Shown here: piece after piece, positions 60,330-64,000 of the stretch | How positions within the stretch are numbered: the stretch's first letter is position 1 | How the letters are laid out: every line of letters starts with the position of its first letter | Assembly (NCBI GenBank): GCA_047495785.1 | Contig: JBLDXI010000040.1 | Span: 62,001 to 126,000, forward strand | Direction: 5' to 3' | Source: Lepidodermella squamata | Taxonomy: Eukaryota; Animalia; Gastrotricha | DNA length: 64,000 bases | Translations under genes and position numbers: made by a program | The notes under the pieces: generated by a model | Databases searched by the model: none | Told to the model about the DNA's origin: nothing | What the model saw: only the letters and a program-made list of their open reading frames with translations

Positions 60330-61160
60330 AGTATTCAACGTCGCTAACGATATATACAAATGTACAAATATCCGAATACTTATACAAAGCATGAGGCAAT
60401 TGCAAACGCGGAAAGAGGTGTGTTTGTATTTGCAAGAGTATGAAATTGAGCATTGAGCATTTAGTTAGGTTTAAAGATAGGCGATGGGGGACCGAGCTGG
60501 CGGGTCCTTTCAGAGTCTTCGATGTCCTCTCGTACGTGGAGGATGGTTGTAACGGCGTTGGCCACGTAGCGGGTCTGACATTTTTGTAAGAACCGGTCAA
60601 GGGATTCGACGTGGATGTGCTGCTTGAGCGCGGTGGTTGCAAGCGGTCACTGCAGCGCGCCCGGAGGGCGGCACGCAAGCAGTCGTTTTCTAGCACTTTG
60701 AGGCGTTTAATTTGTCGCGCTGACATACAGCCAAGGACGATTTTGCCATATGCGAATGGCGCGAATCAGGGAGAAATACACCATTATGACGCAGCGCAGA
60801 TTCGGGCCTGGGGTCCTGGCTAATCGATGGAACAATGACATGATGTCCTGAGAGCAGCGACGTAGCGCTTGATCGATGTGGGTCTGCCACGTTAGTCGCC
60901 GGATCAAAGTGAATGCCCAGGACACGGATGGAGGTGACCGCCGGATCCGGGGACCACGATTCACTTAACGGCTAGGTTGACTTGGGCTGGCACAGGGCGA
61001 ATGCCACGTCTTCGCTTTTGCTTGCATTGCATTTTTGGCGCCAGTCCCCGGCGAAGATTCAGTTTATTTCAGATTGCTGCTTCTTGGCGGTTTAGAAATT
61101 CATACCGGTGGCACTGATTCTGAGGTCATCGGCGTATACCTCAGTGATGCTGTTGGGCGA
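60330..61160 (-). mobile_element. LINE RT core-to-thumb fragment (longer copy of 56060-56490)
   Basis: Minus strand YADD (~61125-61137), RRLTWQTHIDQ, VYFSLIRA, QIKRLKVLENDCLRAAL. Confidence 0.82.
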
Positions 61161-61991
61161 TGGCCGGTCGAATTTTGTCGGTCGAAGACGCGCCGAGAAA
61201 CCAGTCATTGTCGCCTCTAACGTTGCTATGGCTAGTCGCTGAATTTCAGTTGCTGCTCAAAACCGCGATTCCGGAGGAAAAACCGGATCTGCATCGCGAC
61301 AGCTGCCAGCAAGAGATTTCGACGACCTCGTTTTTCGTCTCATTTTGTCATAATATCTTTGCTTTTGCACGTGAAATTGCTGTTAAGTAAAATTGAGATT
61401 TTCGTTGTTTTTGTGACTTCCCTTAGATTTTCGAGAAAATGCATCTGGGGGTTTCGAGGTCAATTTCGAGCAAAATCCTGCCAAAATTTGTGGCAGTTTC
61501 AAGCCATAGAGAAATTCTTGGTTGCCAAAGAGAAATTCATTGTAGCCATTGTAAATTAAATTTCCCAAATTTTACCATAATCCCTTATTCCCATCTATTC
61601 ACAGCTCTTATTCTCAACCGAGTATGTATAGTGGTTGCGCTATCTCAGAAGATCCACAGTTCGAGCTCGCCTCCTTTGGGCTAGTTTCTTTATATTTTAA
61701 TTTTTTAAAAGAATTAACGATGGCGACAAAATGACGGAATCACGAACCTGTTTCTATTTATAAGTTGGACTTTGATCCTGCATAGCCGGACTATAATGCA
61801 ATAACACAAAACCGTCTTATGACCAGATTTTCATACCAGTGGCGTATGAAAGAAGCCGTCGCCCGCGCAAGCTTCTTATCATCGTAACGGCAAGAAACAT
61901 TGCTGCTGATATTGTATGCTGTCTATCACTTACATAGAACCGGCCTTATTGCGCTTTTTCATTTTGAGAATACATTTTTAGCTGCTTGGAG

Positions 61992-62712
61992 ATGACTTCA
62001 CCCTACTCGTTTCAAACAATTGCCGAGTTCACCGAAGTTAAGCCTTTGCTAGGCAGCGAGAAACTCCTCAGAGACGCACATCTATGCAGACGGGATACGT
62101 GCTACCCCTACGACTTCGTAATTAAAAAAGCTAATCTGAGCAAGCTGCAGGCGAAATTCAAGGAAGACTTTGGTACTATTACCCGACTTCTTCGCGAAAA
62201 AGTAAGGAATCTATCCATTCTTGCAATCAGTGAGAACATTGGAAATGGTATTCAGAAATCCAATGTTGCTGATAACCACTTGGATGTCATAACGAATTTT
62301 TATCTTGTTTTCAGGATTTGAAAATGGTAAAAATTAACCACCCAAACATTGTCCGAGTATTTGGCACGTTCGAAGGTTTGCATGTAATACTGTCATGTCA
62401 AACTTATCTCAAAGATTTTGTTCCAAAAGAGGAATACCTAGGCAGTGACGTTGCGTGTTATAAACACTCCATGCAATATTTGGTGATGGAGTTTTGCGGC
62501 GGCGGAAGTTTCGAAACTCTGATCAAAGCTGGGGGTGGGCCGATTCGCGAAGTTAGGCTTCGAAGTTGGTCTCGCCAGCTCGTCTCGGCTTTGCATTATC
62601 TACACAATCAAGGCATAGTCCATGGCAACATCAGGCCGAGCAATATCCTACTGTCGAAGAATCAAGGCACCGTGAAATTGGCTGACTTGGGAATAATCGA
62701 AAACTTTGACAC
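61992..62712 (+). CDS. Pseudokinase(-ankyrin) copy 4, exons 1-3 only within the window
   Basis: Exons 61992-62201, 62315-62375, 62430-62712. HGNIRPSN, KLADLG. Intron 3 is interrupted by repeat DNA from ~62745 to the window end. Confidence 0.8.
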
Positions 62713-64000
62713 GTAAAGCCATCATAATTACGATTTTACATGTACAGGTATTCCTACATACGCATGGTAAAATTTTGCCATTGGGAAATTTGATTTCTCC
62801 ATGGTTACAATGAATTTCTCTATGACAACCAAAATTTTTCTATGACATGAAACTGTCCCAAATTTGGGCAGCATTTTGCTCAGAATTAGCCTCAAAACCC
62901 CCCATGAAACGCAGTTTCTCGATAATTTTAGGAAAGTCACTAAAACAGCGAAAACCTCAATTTTACTTAAAAGCAATTTCACGTGCAAAAACAAAAGACA
63001 AAATGAGGCGAACAACGATGTCGTCGAAATCTCTTGCTGGTAGCCGTCGCGATGCCGATCCGGTTCTCCCTCCGAATTCGCGGTTTTGAACAGCAACGGA
63101 AATTCAGCCACCGGCCATAGCAACGCTAAAGCCGACGACGACTGGTATCTCGGCGAGTCTTCGATCTTCGGCAAAATTGACCCAAATCCATGATTAGTTT
63201 CCGCCGCAACCTGGATACCATTTTGCAGCGAGCGGATGGCTTCTTTTATTGTCAGTCATCCAAACGCCGCGATGTTGACGCATTGATTTCTGTGCGAACC
63301 CAGCTGGCAGGTGACCGATTTGAGTGGCTTCTTCGAAGCAAAGATTTGTTCGTTTCCAGACTCGATCGAACCAAGGCGACGGATAATCTTGGGGCTTGAT
63401 ATCGGCTGTTCCATGAGTCTTGACCACTGATGATTCGGCCAGCCGGAGAGCATGAAGCTTTCGACGACGAATGACGGTTGACCAAAAACCAAGTTGCAAA
63501 CAAGAAAAAAATCGCCGAATGAAAAGTGTTTTTCGCTTTCAAACGAAGAATTGGTTTCGTGAAATTTTAAGTTGGATGTTTTATTTTCTCGAAATTATTA
63601 TCCTGAAATCACCCCTATGTACCAATTGCACCCTTTTGGAAATGGTTTGGCTGCGCCAAACTCGCTCGGGGTTTCAGATCGGGGGGAAATTTCATTTCTC
63701 TATGGCTAGCTATAGAATAATCCTTTATTCCTACATGCGCATGGTACAGTTTTGCCATTGGGAAATTGAATTTATCTATGGCTTGAAACTGCACCAAAGT
63801 TGGGCAGCATTTTGCTCGAAATTGACCTCGAAACCACCCAGAAAAAGCATTTTCTCGAAAATCTTAGGAAAGTCTCAATTTTATTTCAAAGCAATTTCAC
63901 GTGCAAAAATGGAATTGTGACAAAAAGAGGCGTAAACGAGGTTGTCGAAATCTCTTGCGGCAGCCGTCGCAATGATGCAAATCCGTTTTCCCCTACGGAT

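Overview
Eukaryotic, compact-genome invertebrate-type DNA: GT-AG introns are mostly 45-60 nt, and I could not identify the taxon. The window is a transposon-rich block of locally duplicated genes, most for surface or secreted proteins. Splicing by hand gives five gene groups. (1) A 4-exon secreted Cys/Thr/Ala-rich gene with a degenerate Kunitz-like segment, missed by the ORF track (5825-6687, -). (2) A duplicated two-gene cassette (A1-B1, A2-B2) of orphan type-I membrane proteins that appear to be distant paralogues of each other and lie about 215 bp apart. (3) A 14-exon SP-EGF-EGF-(ConA-like?)-EGF-EGF-PAN-fibrinogen gene (19701-23327, -) with one frame break, plus a truncated 5' copy. (4) Three highly divergent Cys-loop ligand-gated channel subunits, one of them a pseudogene. 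(5) A tandem array of at least four HGN-type pseudokinase-ankyrin genes whose 102-bp repeats vary in number and at binding-face positions. Between the genes are many MITE/foldback elements, several confirmed by TSDs and empty paralogous sites. There are also relics of hAT, piggyBac and LINE elements, and an IS630/Tc1-type transposase facing a convergent AT-hook/Myb-like ORF. All gene models and domain calls come from manual reading and motif recognition; no database search was run.
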